Shown piece after piece: positions 1 through 14,787 of a stretch of DNA of 64,000 bases. Position 1 is the stretch's first letter. Every line of letters begins with the position of its first letter. Source of the stretch: the human T2T-CHM13v2.0 reference genome, Homo sapiens; NCBI RefSeq assembly GCF_009914755.1, contig NC_060944.1. One strand, 5' to 3'. The notes under the pieces are model-generated. The model was not told where the DNA came from and did no database searches. It saw nothing but the letters and a program-made list of their open reading frames with translations. The position numbers and the translations under genes are program-made.

Positions 1-393
1 GTTTACACAAAACAGCATGGTCCCTGGCGAACATGTTTTTCTTCTGGGAGTCTGGAATTTTGGTACATGCCAGGCCAAGGCTGCCCCATAACCAGCCCTG
101 AATAAAAATCCCAGGCACCAAGTCTCTAATCATCTTCCCTGGTAGATGACACTTCCCAGGCATTGCCACACCTCACTGCTGGGGGAATTTAGCACATCTT
201 GTGTGACTTCAATGGCAGAGACCCTTGGAAGCTTGGGCCTGACTTCTCCCAGACTTCACCCATGCACCATTTTTCTTTGTTGATTTTGCTTTTTTCTGCA
301 ATACATCATAGTCAAGAGGATGACAACATGCTGAGGGTTGTGAATCCTCACAGTCAGTCCTTAGTCCTGTGAGTGGTCTTGGGTACCATACAC
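1..393 (+). mobile_element. MER21-family LTR (MER21C-like), 3' part
   Basis: gtgtgacttcaatggcagagacccttggaagcttgggcctg...gtggtcttgggtaccatacac resembles the MER21C 3' end. Confidence 0.7.
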
Positions 394-1099
394 CTTGCCT
401 TTTCTGGATTCTAAGCCTTTGCTTTGGACCTAACACCTCATCTCATCTAACACCTGACACCAGCCCTGACTTTTAGGATGATCTTACTGATCCTCAGTAC
501 TCTGTTCAAATCTCACCTTGACCAAGAATTCTGAAGAGTTTTTACCCTCCTTAGAATTCTATAGCCTTTGATATCAAAATCACCTATCGGGCATGGTGTT
601 ATAAATGATCGTCATCTTCCTTCCTAAGAACCATCCATGTTTTGAGTTCTGTGACAAGTGTCGATTTATGGCAGCCCCTAGCCTGGAAGCCAAGATAAGA
701 TGACATAAAATAAACGTTTTTACATTAGTTTGCTCTGTCCTCAATGCTCTGTATTCACTGAAAAAAGACTTTTGAAGATAGAATCTTAATAGATATCAAA
801 TTATTATCTAATTTCAAAATATTTTGACAATTCTTCATAGACACAGCTATAGCAAAGTATGTCTGTCAGTGATAGTGCCTACAACTGGAATTAGTCCTAG
901 AACTGTGAATCCTATTTTTAAGTGTGATTAGAATTTTATTCTTTAGAGCCTGGTTGTTTTAAGTCATTAATTCAGTCATCAAAAATTGATGGAGTGCCTA
1001 CTAAGTGCCACACACAGAACATTCTGGAATTTCAAAATTAACAAGATTTATTATCTGCTTTGGAAAGATTTGGTAGCTATATCTGGTAGTTTTGGCAGT

Positions 1100-2180
1100 T
1101 TTTCTGTGTTTATGTGCCTACCCAGTATCTAATCACCCATGTCCCTTCCTTGTAATACTCTCTGTGGATATCATCTGTCTTCCAGGTAGCCCATGACTCA
1201 GAGGGGAACTGACCTGACCCCCAACTACAGCAGTACACCCGGATTGGTCTAAGCTAACTAGAGTAATCCTACTTTAATGAACCAATGATTCATTCAGTGA
1301 AACCAGGCTTAATCCAATTAATATATAATACTCTCCCACAAGGTGGCCCAATCAGTGAAAAACTCATATTTTCTTTGGAAATCTCCTTCTGAATGTGAAA
1401 GGCACGGTTATCTGGATACCAGAACTGCTGGGTCATTTTGGAAGGCCAGGCTGAGGATGAGGAGAAGGGCCCAATACAGAGTATAAAAGATAAATTGGAG
1501 AGGGAACTTGATCAAGCCGCTCCTGATATCCAAATTTCTGAACTTATTGTTTATCTGAACCAATAGATTATTTAAAATAATTAAGCCAGGATGAGTTAAT
1601 ATTTTTGATGTTGACATTCAAAATTAATCTACATTATTTACTCCATAACATCCATCTATTCTTTCTCTCATTGTTTATTGTCTGATTTTCTTTTGGAAAA
1701 TGTAACCTTCCTATATTCTCAGACATGTGTTTTGAGTGGGACTCCTACCACACTCAGCTCTATATGACAGTTTAGATTAGCTTAAACCAATTAGCATATT
1801 CTATTATTTTGGCTTTGATGATTGGTTTAGGGATAAACACAAAACCCAATTAAGGCTATAGAAATGGTAAAAATTTCAAGACTTATGCAGTAGATACAGT
1901 AAGAGACCCTTCTCCTTCCCCTAGTTTCTGTGGTGTGAGGATCTGCATTCTAGACATCCAGGAGCCATTTTATTGCCACAGATGAGAACTCAGAATTGTT
2001 CAAAGTTGAAGTCCACAGATGAAGCCAATGTTGCAGAAAACAGATGAAGGAGAGAAATTAAAACATGTACAATGCTGGATTCGACTTGTCATGAAGCCTG
2101 CTACCTCTGGACTTCTCTGTTATGAGTGCAAAGAAAAAAATGTTTAAACAAGTTTGAGTTCGATTTTCTGACTTTTGCTA
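1100..2180 (+). mobile_element. Two degraded ERVL-type LTR relics (LTR16-like), ~1100-1620 and ~1690-2180
   Basis: Both carry tgattggttt/ccaat motifs, gccatttt and the ttaagcca/tttaaacaagtttgagtt 3' tail typical of LTR16/MLT1-type LTRs; boundaries approximate. Confidence 0.45.
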
Positions 2181-2392
2181 CATACTAATGTTAAGTACTA
2201 TTATAAGGGTTTATTCTAAGTCTCATCCTAAGCTTAGTCCTGGGATAGACTCAGGATGAATGAAACCAGGGAGGTGAACTGGAGAAGCTCACATCCCAGA
2301 GGTAGAGGTGGCAAACATACGTGGGGTTGTGACGCAGGGATAATTGTAATAAACATATTAAATAAACGAATGAATCATTATTCTATAAAACT

Positions 2393-2683
2393 GGCTGGGT
2401 GCATTGGCTCATGCTTGTAATTTCAGCACTTTGGAAGGCCAAGGTGGGAAGACCACTTGAGGCCAGGAGTTTGAGATTAGCCTGGCCAATATAGTGAGAC
2501 TCTGTCTCTACAAAATAATAGAAAAACTTACCTGAGCCTTGTGGTGCACGCTGGTAGTCCCAGCTACTTGGGAGGTTGAGGCAAGAGGATTGCATGAGCC
2601 CAGGAGTTTCAGATTGCAATGAGCTGTGATTGTGTCACTGCTTTCCAGCCTGTGCAACAGATGAGACCCCAACTCAAAAAAAA
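2393..2683 (+). mobile_element. Alu (AluJ-like)
   Basis: ggctgggtgcattggctcatgcttgtaat...gaggccaggagtttgag...gagcccaggag, A tail. Confidence 0.95.
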
Positions 2684-2874
2684 TTTTTTTTAATCAAAAA
2701 CTGATATTTACAGATTCTGGTTGAGGTAAGATGTTATATATACACTCTACCATGTTTCTCCCACTGAATGAAGATCTAGAACCTGGAAAGACAGCAGTAA
2801 TCCGAGGGCTCTGAAAAGTAAATAGTTGTAGGTGGATCACAGAAGATCAGAATGTGAAGTGTCACTAAACTGGT

Positions 2875-3287
2875 TGTATTGGTCCATTGTCACACTGCTG
2901 TAAAGAAATACCTGAGACTGAGTAATTTATCAATGAAAGAATTGGCTCATGGTTCTGCAGGCTGTACAGGAAGCATGGTAGCATCTGCTTCTGGGGAGGC
3001 CTCAGGGAGCTTTTGCTCATGGAGGAAGGTGAGGGGGAAGTGGGCACATCTTACATGGCAGGAGCAGGAGGAAGAGAGAGAGGGGGAAGGTGCTGCACAC
3101 TTTTAAACAACCAGATCTCATGAGAACTCACGAACTTATTATCACGAGAACAGCATCGAGATGATGGTGCTAAACCATTCATGAAGGACCACCAGCATGA
3201 TCCAATCCTCCCATTGGGCCCCACCTCCAACACTGGGGATTACAATTCAACATGAGATGGTGGGGACACAGAACCAAACCATATGCA
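2875..3287 (-). mobile_element. MaLR solo LTR (MSTA-like)
   Basis: tgtattggtccatt...gagatggtggggacacagaaccaaaccatat; 5-bp TSD CTGGT at 2870-2874 and 3288-3292. Confidence 0.9.
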
Positions 3288-3485
3288 CTGGTGGTGAATT
3301 TGCCATGTTTTGCCCTTTGGTATCACCGGACCTGATCCTGAAACTCAGAAGTGAGCAATGGGGCAAAGACAGAGCTCCAGGGGCATTTCAGGGATGCCCT
3401 CTAGTTCTGGTTCAGGGAACTTTTAACACTCAGGGTGTGGACATCTCCACTGTTTTTTTCTTTTCTCCATTCCCTCATGCCCAAG

Positions 3486-3886
3486 TGAGAGGTGAAGCCA
3501 GTTGGACTTCCTCTGTGGAGTGGGGACTTGGAGAACTTTTCTGTCTAGCTAGAGGATTGTAAACGCACCAATCAGCGCTCTGTGTCTAGCTAGAGGATTG
3601 TAAACGCACCAATCAGCACTCTGTAAAATGGATCAATCAGCAGGACATGGGCGGGGACAAATAAGGGAATAAAAGCTGGCCACCCCAGCCAGCAGTGGCA
3701 ACCCGCTGGGGTCCCCTTCCACATTGTGGAAGCTTTGTTGTTTTGCTCTTCACAATAAATCTTGCTGCTGGTCACTCTTGGGTCCGGGCCACCTTTAAGA
3801 GCTGTAACACTCACCGCGAAGGTCCGCGGCTTCATTCTTGAAGTCAGTGAGACCATGAACCCACTGGAAGGAACCAACTCCAGACA
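3486..3886 (+). mobile_element. ERV9 solo LTR (LTR12F-like)
   Basis: Starts tgagaggtgaagccag, tandem gattgtaaacgcaccaatcagc repeats, ends aactccagaca; 4-bp TSD CAAG at 3482-3485 and 3887-3890. Confidence 0.9.
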
Positions 3887-4921
3887 CAAGCTCTTAAGCA
3901 ACCTTATGATATTGATGGGCAATATTTGAACAAGACTCAGAGTCTCATAACATAATATATAAAATGTCCAGGATAAAATCCAAAATTCCTTGCTTATTAA
4001 GAACCAGGAAAATCTCAGTATTCATGGGAAAAGACCACGAAGAGACCCCAATAATGAAATAACACAAATATAGAGATTTTCTGACAAGGACTTTAAAGCA
4101 GCTATTATAAAAATCCTCCAATAAGCAATTATGAACACTAATGGAGCAAATGGAAACATAGATCCTAAGCAAACAGGAAGAATCTTTGGGATCTGCAGTT
4201 AGGAAAATGGCTTTTAGATGTGATACCAAAAGCACAATCCATTAAAAAATTGATAGAATTAATATATTTGTCATAAAAATTAAGAACTTTTGTTCTGTGC
4301 AAGACTCTGTTAATAGAATAAAAGGTCAAGTTTGTTACTGGGAGAAAATCTTTGCAAATCATATATCTGACAGACAAAAAAATTGAATGCAGAATATGTA
4401 AAGAATTCCCAAAATTCAGCAATAGGAAAACAAACAGCCCAATTAAAGAAGAGGCAAAGATGTGAATAGACTCTTCATCAAAGAAGATATATAGATGGCA
4501 GACACACACATGATAAAATATTCTATCTCATTAATCACTAGGGAAATGCAAATTAGAGCCACAATGAGATACCACTCCATACCTATTAGAATTAGAATGG
4601 GTGCAATAAAAATCCTGACACCACCAGGTGTTAGAGAAGTTACGGAGCAACTGGAACTCATGTGTTGCTTTGGAAAATACAAAATGGTACAGTCACTGTA
4701 AAAATCAGCTTTGTGTCTCCACATGAAGTTAAGCATACATTTACCAGTTGATCCAGTAACCCCACTGCTGGGTATTTACCCCAGAGAAAGGAAAACTTAC
4801 GTCCACACAAAAACTTGTGCACATATGTTTATAGCCGCTCTCTGTGTAATTGCTGAAACATGGAGGGAACCCAAATGGCCTTTATCAGGTGCTGGGGTAA
4901 AAACAGCTGGTGCGAGACCAC

Positions 4922-6055
4922 TGTGAAAGGAAAATCAATCTGGGGACCCCGAAATCACTAAGCCACGGTGAAAAGTCAAGCTGGGACCTGCATTGGGCAA
5001 ACTTGCCTCCCATTTTGTTCCTAAATACTGTAGCAGGATGAGCTGCAGACGAAACTCCTCAGATACTGAGTTAAAGAAGGAAGGGGTTTATTTGGCTGGG
5101 AGCATCAGCAAGACTCCTGTCTCAAGAGCTGAGCTCCCTGAGTGAGCAATTCCTGTCCCTTTTAAGGGCTCACAACTCTAAGGGGCTCCACGTGAGAGGG
5201 TCGTGATCGATTGAGCAAGCAGGGGGTACGTGACTGGGGGCTGCATGCACTGGTAATCAGAACGAAACAGAACAGGATGGGAGGTTTTACAATGTCCTTC
5301 TATACAATGTCTGGAATCTATAGATAACATCGGTTGCTAGGTCAAGGGTGGAATTTACTACCAGGCTTAAGTCAGGCAGGCCCAGGCCTAGTTTCGGGTC
5401 TGGTTCTTTGGTTTTGGGTCTGGCTCTTAGGAGCTGGGCTACCTGCCTTTTGTTTCGCTTTTCTTTCCTTTTCTGAGTATAAAACAATATAAAACAATAT
5501 GAGAGGGTCTGTCTCTCTTCTCTCAATACGATTGCTACAAAGATTAAAAAAAAAAAAAAGTTGCCCACCTCCCTCACAATTTACCCACAAGGAAATTCCT
5601 TGTGGACAAAGGACAGACAGAACTCAGTCATCCCTCTGCTCACTAAGATAAATGCATATCTGATTGTTTCCTCTGCCCTGTTGTTTCACTAAGCCAGACT
5701 AAGGCATAAGTGACTATTCCTCTACCCTCCTCTCACGCGTGAACTGCATTTTCAGTAAAAGGCTAATCAGAGACTCAAGAGAATGCAACCGATTGTCTCT
5801 TATCTACCTATGACCTGGAAGCCCCCTCCCCGCTTCGAGTTGTCCCACCTTTCCGGACAGAACCAATGTATATCTTACATATATTAATTGATGTCTCATG
5901 TCTCCCTAAAATTTATAAAACCAAGCTATGCCCCGACAACCTTGGGCATGTGTCATCAGGACCTCCTGAGGCTATGTCATGGGCACGTCCTTAACCTTGA
6001 CAAAATAAACTTTCTAAATTGATTGAGATCTGTTTCAGATACTTTTTGAGTCATG
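4922..6055 (+). mobile_element. MER4A-family solo LTR, interrupted by LTR2B
   Basis: tgtgaaaggaaaatcaatctggggacccc start; resumes at 5530; CCAC at 4918-4921 and 6056-6059. Confidence 0.85.
5029..5525 (-). mobile_element. LTR2-family solo LTR (LTR2B-like)
   Basis: Reverse complement starts tgagagaagagagacagaccctctcatattg; TG...CA termini; TSD ATAC at 5025-5028 and 5526-5529. Confidence 0.85.
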
Positions 6056-7261
6056 CCACTCAGCAATACAAAGCAATGAACTATTGATAAACACAGCAAC
6101 TCCTTTGATTCTCAAAGGCATTATGTTGAATGAAAGAAAACAGTCTCAATATTACATACTGTACATTTCCATTTATATGACTTTCTCAAGGAGAAAGAAA
6201 CCATACAATACAAGAAGGGTGTGAGATTATATGGGGAAGGGGATGGGGTGACTTGGAGAAGCTAGCATAAGGTGTTTTTTTTGTTTTGTTTTTCTCTGGG
6301 GAGGATAGAGCTGTTCTGTATCCTGATCATGGTGGTGGTTACACAAACCTATACACACATTAAAATTCATAGAACTGCACACCACACAAAGGTCAGTTTT
6401 ATTGTATAATAATTTTTTAAATAACATTTAAGGTCACACTCACACAAAACTGATCTCTCTGAAAGTATTAGTTGGATTTCCCTTTATTTATTTATTTTTT
6501 TAAAGGACAACCCCGCTGGCCCCAATCTCACCTAGGCATGGCCTGGATTTCTGCAGAAGGACAGGCCAGCAGACCTCACTTCAAAGGTGGCATCAAACAC
6601 TGTTCCTGCCTATAAAAATACAGTACAAGCAAGCCTGATTTTAAAGCCTCATTTTTCTTCCTCTTCCTCCTCCTAGTTCTGACAGGGCATATGGAAATAA
6701 TGTTAGAATGTAAACTTTGAGCATGAATGAGAATTCTATTTCCAGAGATGTTTATATTTTTTTTCTCTTGGGTTGAAACCCTCAATCATATCCAAATAAA
6801 TTATTTGGGGATGTTGGTAAGAGGATAAATCTTAGGGGGTTTTCACAAAGGTCTGAATTCTGAGAACCTCTTTTTCTTGGGACTGTGTGTTTTCTAGAGA
6901 GTGGGAGGCGCTGGTGGGTTACATGACATTTTGAATTACTATATTTTCTTTTCCCTTTATATATTCACAAAGCACTCTAGATATTGGGCAACTGCAAGTC
7001 CAAGGTGAGAAGGAAGATAGGCTTTTGCAAAGACAATCACTGTTCAAAGCACACGCAAAGATTCAATGTATTCATAGAGCCCTCCCAAAGGAAACAGCAA
7101 CAGACCAGAGTCTTTATTCACATTTTCTCAACCAGCAATCGGGAAAGAAATACAGGTAATAAGATACGAAATACCTGTTGCCTATGTTTAACTTTGTTTT
7201 TAGGTAGCCAGGGACTCTGTTTAAATGGCTGGTGAGTGAGGGTGGAAATATTACATAATGA

Positions 7262-7618
<357 letters not shown>

Positions 7619-8168
7619 TGATGTGTGTGTGTGTGTTTTTTTTTTCTATTCCAAGCACCTTTCCTGCCTGCCCAGTTTTGAGAGCATGTGTGTGTATTCA
7701 TTAGTAAGCTTCGGCTGTAAGTAGCAGGAATCTAAATTAAACTGCATTCAAAGATAAGAGAAGATGGAAGTGGAGGATTGGTTTATTTAACTAAAAAGTC
7801 CGGAAGACGATTGCAGGCATGTTTGCATCTGGGGGTTTTATCCATTATGAGTCTTAGTTACAAGCAGGAAAAATCAATCTAACTCATTAAGTATAAAATG
7901 CCTTATTGAACACTAATTTTTCATGTAGAAAGGCATGAAATTATAAGATGGAAAATTTTCTAAACATGAGAGGAGATTTAAATGGGGGCAAACAATAATA
8001 AAGACAATATTAACAACAATGGCGAACACAATTCCGTAGTTATTAAATGCCTGGCAGTCTTCTAAGATCTTGTGTCCATTAATTTAATCCTCACCACATC
8101 CCTTTGGAGATTGGTCTTCTTTGGATGAAGAATATGTGATAAAGGGACCTAAAGTAACCTACCCAGGT

Positions 8169-8297
8169 CTAGGCTGACCATCCCTCCTGTCTTCCCTGGG
8201 ACAATCCCAACATAATGCTGTCCAAAAATAATGAGGAACACCCCCATTTATTCTCAAAAGTGGTCTGATTTAGTCAATAGATTTGATCATCATTCTA
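8169..8297 (-). mobile_element. hAT-Blackjack MITE (MER94-like), preceded by a MIR fragment
   Basis: taggctgaccat...ctgggacaatccc...ttctcaaaagtggtctgattt. Confidence 0.55.
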
Positions 8298-8970
8298 CTA
8301 GGGTCCTACAGCCAGGAAGAGAAGTTTGGATGGCAAGGACACACTTGTGAGGTCCGATGACATTACTAGATTGTCTCCCTCCTCCATCTCTCAGCCCTGC
8401 CTTCCTGTTTGGGCTCACCTTCAGGTGGTCCTACTCCACAGGGGGGACCTTGTGGCCCGAGGCTGCCCAGGCTGAGCTCCTTTCACTTCCAAAGTCAATT
8501 AAAAGAGACATCCCCTGGCTAAGAGTTTCAATAGAAATCAGAATTTCAGCTCACTGGCCCAGGGTGGGTCTACGACTCCCTTTTGGAACCTCGGCTGATG
8601 CCCCAGGAAACTCAAATGCTGAGAGTAGTGGGTATTGCTCAACAAAAAAGGGGTTGGAGGGTGTTCTGATCCAGAGAAGTAGAATGGATGCTGGGATTGG
8701 GGGTGCCGTGATCCAGAGGAATAGAAGGGACAAGTGGCAGATGTCCAACCTAAGTCTCAAGGCCAACCATTTATTATGGCTCCTTTGTACAAAAGACTTG
8801 TTGGCAAAACTGGATTCTTTCTGCACTCTCTGAAATACTATGTATTTACTGATGATCACAGAAGGCTGATCGTATCATGATACAATCAGATGTTGCCATT
8901 GGAACCAATTCTGTCGGTGACACAAAGATGGGCAGAAAAAAGGGTCCTCCCCAAATAGTTTGTAATCTAG

Positions 8971-9472
<502 letters not shown>

Positions 9473-10197
9473 ATCTAGCAGAGATGACAAGAAGACATAG
9501 TTGTGTGAACAGAGGCCATGGCTGCCTTATGTCGCCTGTGGTGGCCCCATCTGTGTGAACCTGCTGGGTCCACATGAAGGAAGAGAGGAGCCTCAAGAAG
9601 GGCCATGGAGGTGAGACCCCAGAGTGGACACCAGGGCTGCTGGAGCAGAGCCCTGCAATTTGCTGGCAGTAATGGATGTTTCTCCTGAGAACCCCTTCTG
9701 CCCACTGTTCAGCTCAGACCCACCAGGGTCTCACGTCCTGAGTGGAGCCAGAAATGACCATGTAGCTGGTAAGAGCCAGGGTACTCGCTGCTGCCAGAGG
9801 GCCCTTTAGGTGTAGAGGAGAGTTTCTCACTTGCTCTTCTCCTCCATTGGCTACTCACTCAACACCTAGAATAAACACCAGACTCCTACAGAGTCTGCGA
9901 TGTAGGTCGACCTCCTGCCCAATTCTCCACCCTCCTGGCACCCTCCCCTTTGGCCTCCTACCCCAGCCACACCCACCTCCAGGCTTATGAGCCAAGCATG
10001 GTCTCTCCTCTATGGCTTCACAGGTGCTGGTCCCCTGCCTGAAATGTTCTTCTCGTCAGCATCCACAGGGCTCATCTCACGTAGGTCTCTTCTGAAAATC
10101 GACCTTGTTGAGAGGCCTTTCCAGATCACTCTAAAATAGCCACCTCTGCCTTCTTTATCTTTGCCTTGCATTAATTTTCTTTGCTGCACATCACATA

Positions 10198-10651
10198 TGA
10201 TATGCTTTGGCTCCGTGTCACCACTCAAATCTCATCTTGAATTGTAATCCCCATAATCCCCACGTGTCATGGAAAGAATCAGGCGGGAGGTGATTGGATC
10301 ATGGGGGCGGTTTCCTTCATGCTGTTCTTGTGATAGTCAGTTCCCATGAGAGCTGATGGTTTTATAAGGGGCTTTTCCCCCTTCACTCCTCGTGCTCACA
10401 CTGTCTCCTGCCGCCTTGTGAAGAAGGTGTCTGCTTCCCCTTCCCCCATAATTGTGAGTTTCCTGAGGCTTCCTCAGCCAGACTGAACTGTGAGTCAATT
10501 AAGCCTCTTTTCTTTATAAATTACCCAGCCTCGGGCAGTTCTTTATAGCAGTGTGAAAACAGACAAATATTAGATTGGTGCAAAAGTAATTGTGGTTTTT
10601 GCCATTAAAAGCAATGGCAAAACAGCAGTTACTTTTCACCAACCAAATACA
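10198..10651 (+). mobile_element. THE1-family solo LTR (THE1D-like) inserted in an L2 remnant
   Basis: tgatatgctttggctccgtgtc...tttataaattacccag...gcagtgtgaaaacagacaaata[MADE1]ca; flanks acata/acatc. Confidence 0.9.
10570..10647. mobile_element. MADE1 (Hsmar1-derived MITE)
   Basis: Palindromic ttagattggtgcaaaagtaattg...ttacttttcaccaaccaaa with TA duplication. Confidence 0.9.
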
Positions 10652-11691
10652 ACATCTTTGATATATTTGTTTGTCAATTCATTTATTGTTAGTCCCCCCA
10701 ACTGAACCAAAAGCTCCAGGAGGGCAGGGATTTTTGTCTGTTTTGCCTCCTGTATGCCCAGCACCTAGAAAAATTCTGGAACAAAGCAGCACTCCCTAGA
10801 TATCTGCTGAATCAACGAATCAATAAATGAATGCTGGCACAAAGATAATCACTCTTTTCCAGAGGCCTTGAACCTAAGAAGAGATGAAAAATGCTACAGC
10901 CACAAAAGGAAAGTCTGTCTGAGCTAAGACAGAGATGCCAGATTCTGATGGCATCAATTGAACAACTTGATCAAGCTACACCTGAAGCTAGCCCTACTGC
11001 TGCAGCTTTCAATGACAAAAGTCAGCAATTCTCTTCATAGGTTTCTAAATCATTTTGGGTTGGAGATTTTGCTTCTTGTAATAAAGGATATTTTTATTTG
11101 GGTAGTCAGGAGAGAAGAGGACAAGGCGGAAAGGCAAGGAGGGATGAAGATGGAGCATGTGAGTGGTCAAATGATACATCAGGAGATATGGCAATTCTGG
11201 CCTCTAAGAAAATATAGTTCTCTGTAAGCCTTAGAGAAAATCCCTTTACAAACACAGCAAAGCCTCGAGCTGGGCTTACTTGGAACACACATTCTCACTA
11301 CACGGAGAGTCCAGCACAAAGCAGGAAGGAGCGTGGGCCACAGAGAGAACACAGACCCTGGGGTCATGTGAGTCCAGTGAGGCTCCAACCCGCCCAGGCC
11401 GCTTTCCTGCAGTGCAGCCTTTGGCAAGCCCTCGAACCTCAAGTTTCTCATCTGAAAAATGGGCTGATAAATCTGAATCCCAGCAGTGTTATAATGAGGG
11501 TCAGTGGGACATGTATATTAGAGCACCTCGTGCCTGACATAGGACCTGGCCCATGGCACATGTTCAATACACAGCAGCTGCAATTATTCTGGTGGGGTCT
11601 GGATTTCCCAGCTTCAAGTGGGTACCTGAATTTGGAGATTTGCTAAAACTCTGCCTCCTACCATCAGAATTTAGTGTCAGAAATACAATTG

Positions 11692-12045
11692 GGCCAGGTG
11701 TGGTGGCTCATGCCTGTAATCCAGGCATTTTGGGAAGCTGAGGCGGGAGGATTGCTTGAGTCCAGGAGTTCAGGACCAGCCTGGGTAACATGGAGAAACC
11801 CCATCTCTACAAAAAATACAAAAAAGTAGCTGGGTGTGGTGGTGCAAGCCTGTGGTTCCAGCTACTTGGTCTGGAGGTGGGAGGATGGCTTAAACCTGGG
11901 CGGTCTAAACTGCCCCATTGAAACTTCTCTGTTTTCTTACATCTGTTTTCTTCTCTGTTTTCTTACATGCAGTGAGACGAGATCATGCCTCTGTACTCCA
12001 GCCTGGGTGACAGAGCAAGACCCTGTCTCAAAAAGAAAAGAAAAT
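11692..12045 (+). mobile_element. Alu (AluJ-like) with a ~58-bp non-Alu insertion
   Basis: Alu arms intact apart from an insert at 11910-11967. Confidence 0.9.
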
Positions 12046-12161
12046 AAACAGAATTGTTCCACTGACAAGCCAGAGAACATCACTTCCCCAGAGATTGTGT
12101 CCCACCAAATTACAAAATGCTTTTGCAACCACCAGCACAGAACATCCCATAGAAAGCATTA

Positions 12162-12572
<411 letters not shown>

Positions 12573-14787
12573 TTATCATCCTAGGAAACAATGGCTTCCT
12601 AATCTTCCATGCTAATTAGGGATGATGTCTGAACAGGAATTCCAGTTACTCAACTGCACAGCCATGCATCTTTCAATACTTGGTGCACCTTCGCTTACCA
12701 GTTTAGTTAAGCTCTAAGGAGATAGCATCTGTCTTTTTGACAAGATGTAAGAAAACAGAGAAGTTTCAATGGGGCAGAAGGCAGGAAACTTTCATACCAA
12801 GGATGGGCAGCCCAGGAGGAGGGACAAAGGCCGGGGCCCCTGGAAATTGGGAATTGGGGGTGGGGGGACAGGTGGGGAGCAAGGTTGTTAGAAGGAGGCT
12901 GGGAGGTGGCCATGGAGAGAAGTATGATGGGGACATGCTGAAGCCACAGTCCCTCACTGACATCCTCACAGAGGGATGCATTTTTCTGCTGTGCTCGGAC
13001 CGTTGTGGATGCTTCTGTTCCAGTAGAAAGGTGCACTGTGAGGCTCATGCCTGCCCTGTCCCAGGCCCAGAGTCGTCTGTCATCTGAACACCTCCAAGTC
13101 ATCTGCGGCTGGCAGAGTCCCAGCTCCCATCACCATCCATCAAAGCTGGTGATGAATCCAATATCCGGGGCCTGTGAGCCCGGAGAGAAGCGAACAGAAC
13201 CCATCTGTGTGGGCTGCTTGGCGCTGGGACACAGGGGCCTGAGGAGCTCCTGATGGAGGAGGAGGCCAGGGCTGGCAGCCTCACATGTTTTCCCTCCCGT
13301 CTCGAATTTCTCTGTCCAGGAGTAGCAGACAGTGTGGAATGCACCCCTCCAGAGAAAGGGGAAACCTGGCAGCCTCTGAGGCCCGTCCACTCACTGGACA
13401 CATGGAAATGAGCCCCAAAGGGAAGCTTGGAGAAGAAGGAGCCATTTATCAGGTCCCCATTCACCTCTTCCTAAGGACACAAGAAGACTTGTTTGGCCAC
13501 TGCTGAGAGACCCACTCCACTGGAAGAAGTTTCCAGAAGTTGATGGATGGTCGCCTGTATTTCAGCCAGTTGTTCATGACTCAGGGTCAATGCTCCATTG
13601 CTCCCATTCACACGTTGCATCCATCTTCCTTGCAGATATTTGAGTTCTCTTCTGTTTCCAGCCTCAACATATCTCTTGCTTCCTATCCATATCAATGATT
13701 CCTAATACGTGTGTCAGACAAAGGCTGTTACTGTAAAATGGCAGCTTTCTTCATAGAGGTTCCATCTGGGCTTTGACATACAGTGGTTCCATGGAAGGGT
13801 TAACAATGAACATTTGGTGTTTTGAAAATGTGTTCTGATATTTCAGAAGAAAAGCTGAAGCAGGGGCGGAAATCCCCCACCAGGACCCTGGAGGCATGGT
13901 GGCCCTGGCTCTGAGATGCACCAGCTACTGAAATTCACATAATAAAGGAAAAATCCAGGAAAAGGTGGGGAGAGAAGGTGGCAGAGGGGATGGAGGAAGA
14001 GCAGAGGGAGAGTGTGGACATCCTGGAAGAGAGGGGAGGAGATGCAGGGAGGAGCTGACTGAGGCCCCATCCTCTGCTGGAGGTTTACAGACATCACTTT
14101 ATTTCGTTCTCGTGACAAGCTCTCCAAGGCAAGAATTATGTTATAAATAGATTAAGGTTGGCAGCTCTTTTTTGTTTGGTTGTTTTTTGTTTGGTTGGTT
14201 GTTTTTTGTTTGTTTGTTTTGTCTTGTCATTGTTGTAGCGTAGCACATAGAGCAATACCTGACACATCATAGGCGCTCGAGAAATACTGATGGATGAATA
14301 AACTAAAGAATGAATAAAATGAATAAAGAAGGCTCTAAGATATGAATAGACATTTCTCCAGTGAAGATGTGCCAATGGCCATAAAATACAAGAAAAGATG
14401 CTCAACATCACTAACCATTAGAGAAAAGCAAATCAAAACTACAGTGAGATACCACCTCACAACCATTAGGATTCCTATAATAAATAAAAAAAAAAGGAAG
14501 AAACAAGAAAACAGAAAATAATAAGTGTTGGTGACAATGAGGAGAAGTTGGAACCCGGTGCCCTGTTGGTGAGGATGTAAAAAGGTGCAGCTGCAATGGA
14601 CAACACTATAGCAGATCCTCTAAACATTAAAAATGGAATTACCATACGATCCAGGAATTCCACTTCTGGGTATGTACCCAAAATTACTGAAAGCAGGGAC
14701 CTGAAGAGAGATTTGTACACCTATGTTCAAAACAGTATTATTTACAATATACAAAAGGTATAAGTAACACAAGAGTCTATTGAAAGA

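Larger units (their letters stand above)
3945..6430 (+). mobile_element. Ancient L1 (L1MC/MD/ME-type) fragments, split by an LTR insertion at 4922-6055
   Basis: ORF2-end motifs (gggaaatgcaaattagagccacaatgagataccac; ctgggtatttaccccagagaa); 3'UTR-like sequence resumes at ~6056. Confidence 0.8.

Noticed and set aside
8357-8833. 158-aa ORF
   Set aside because: No recognisable domain, no exon structure, an overlapping antisense ORF and random-like composition
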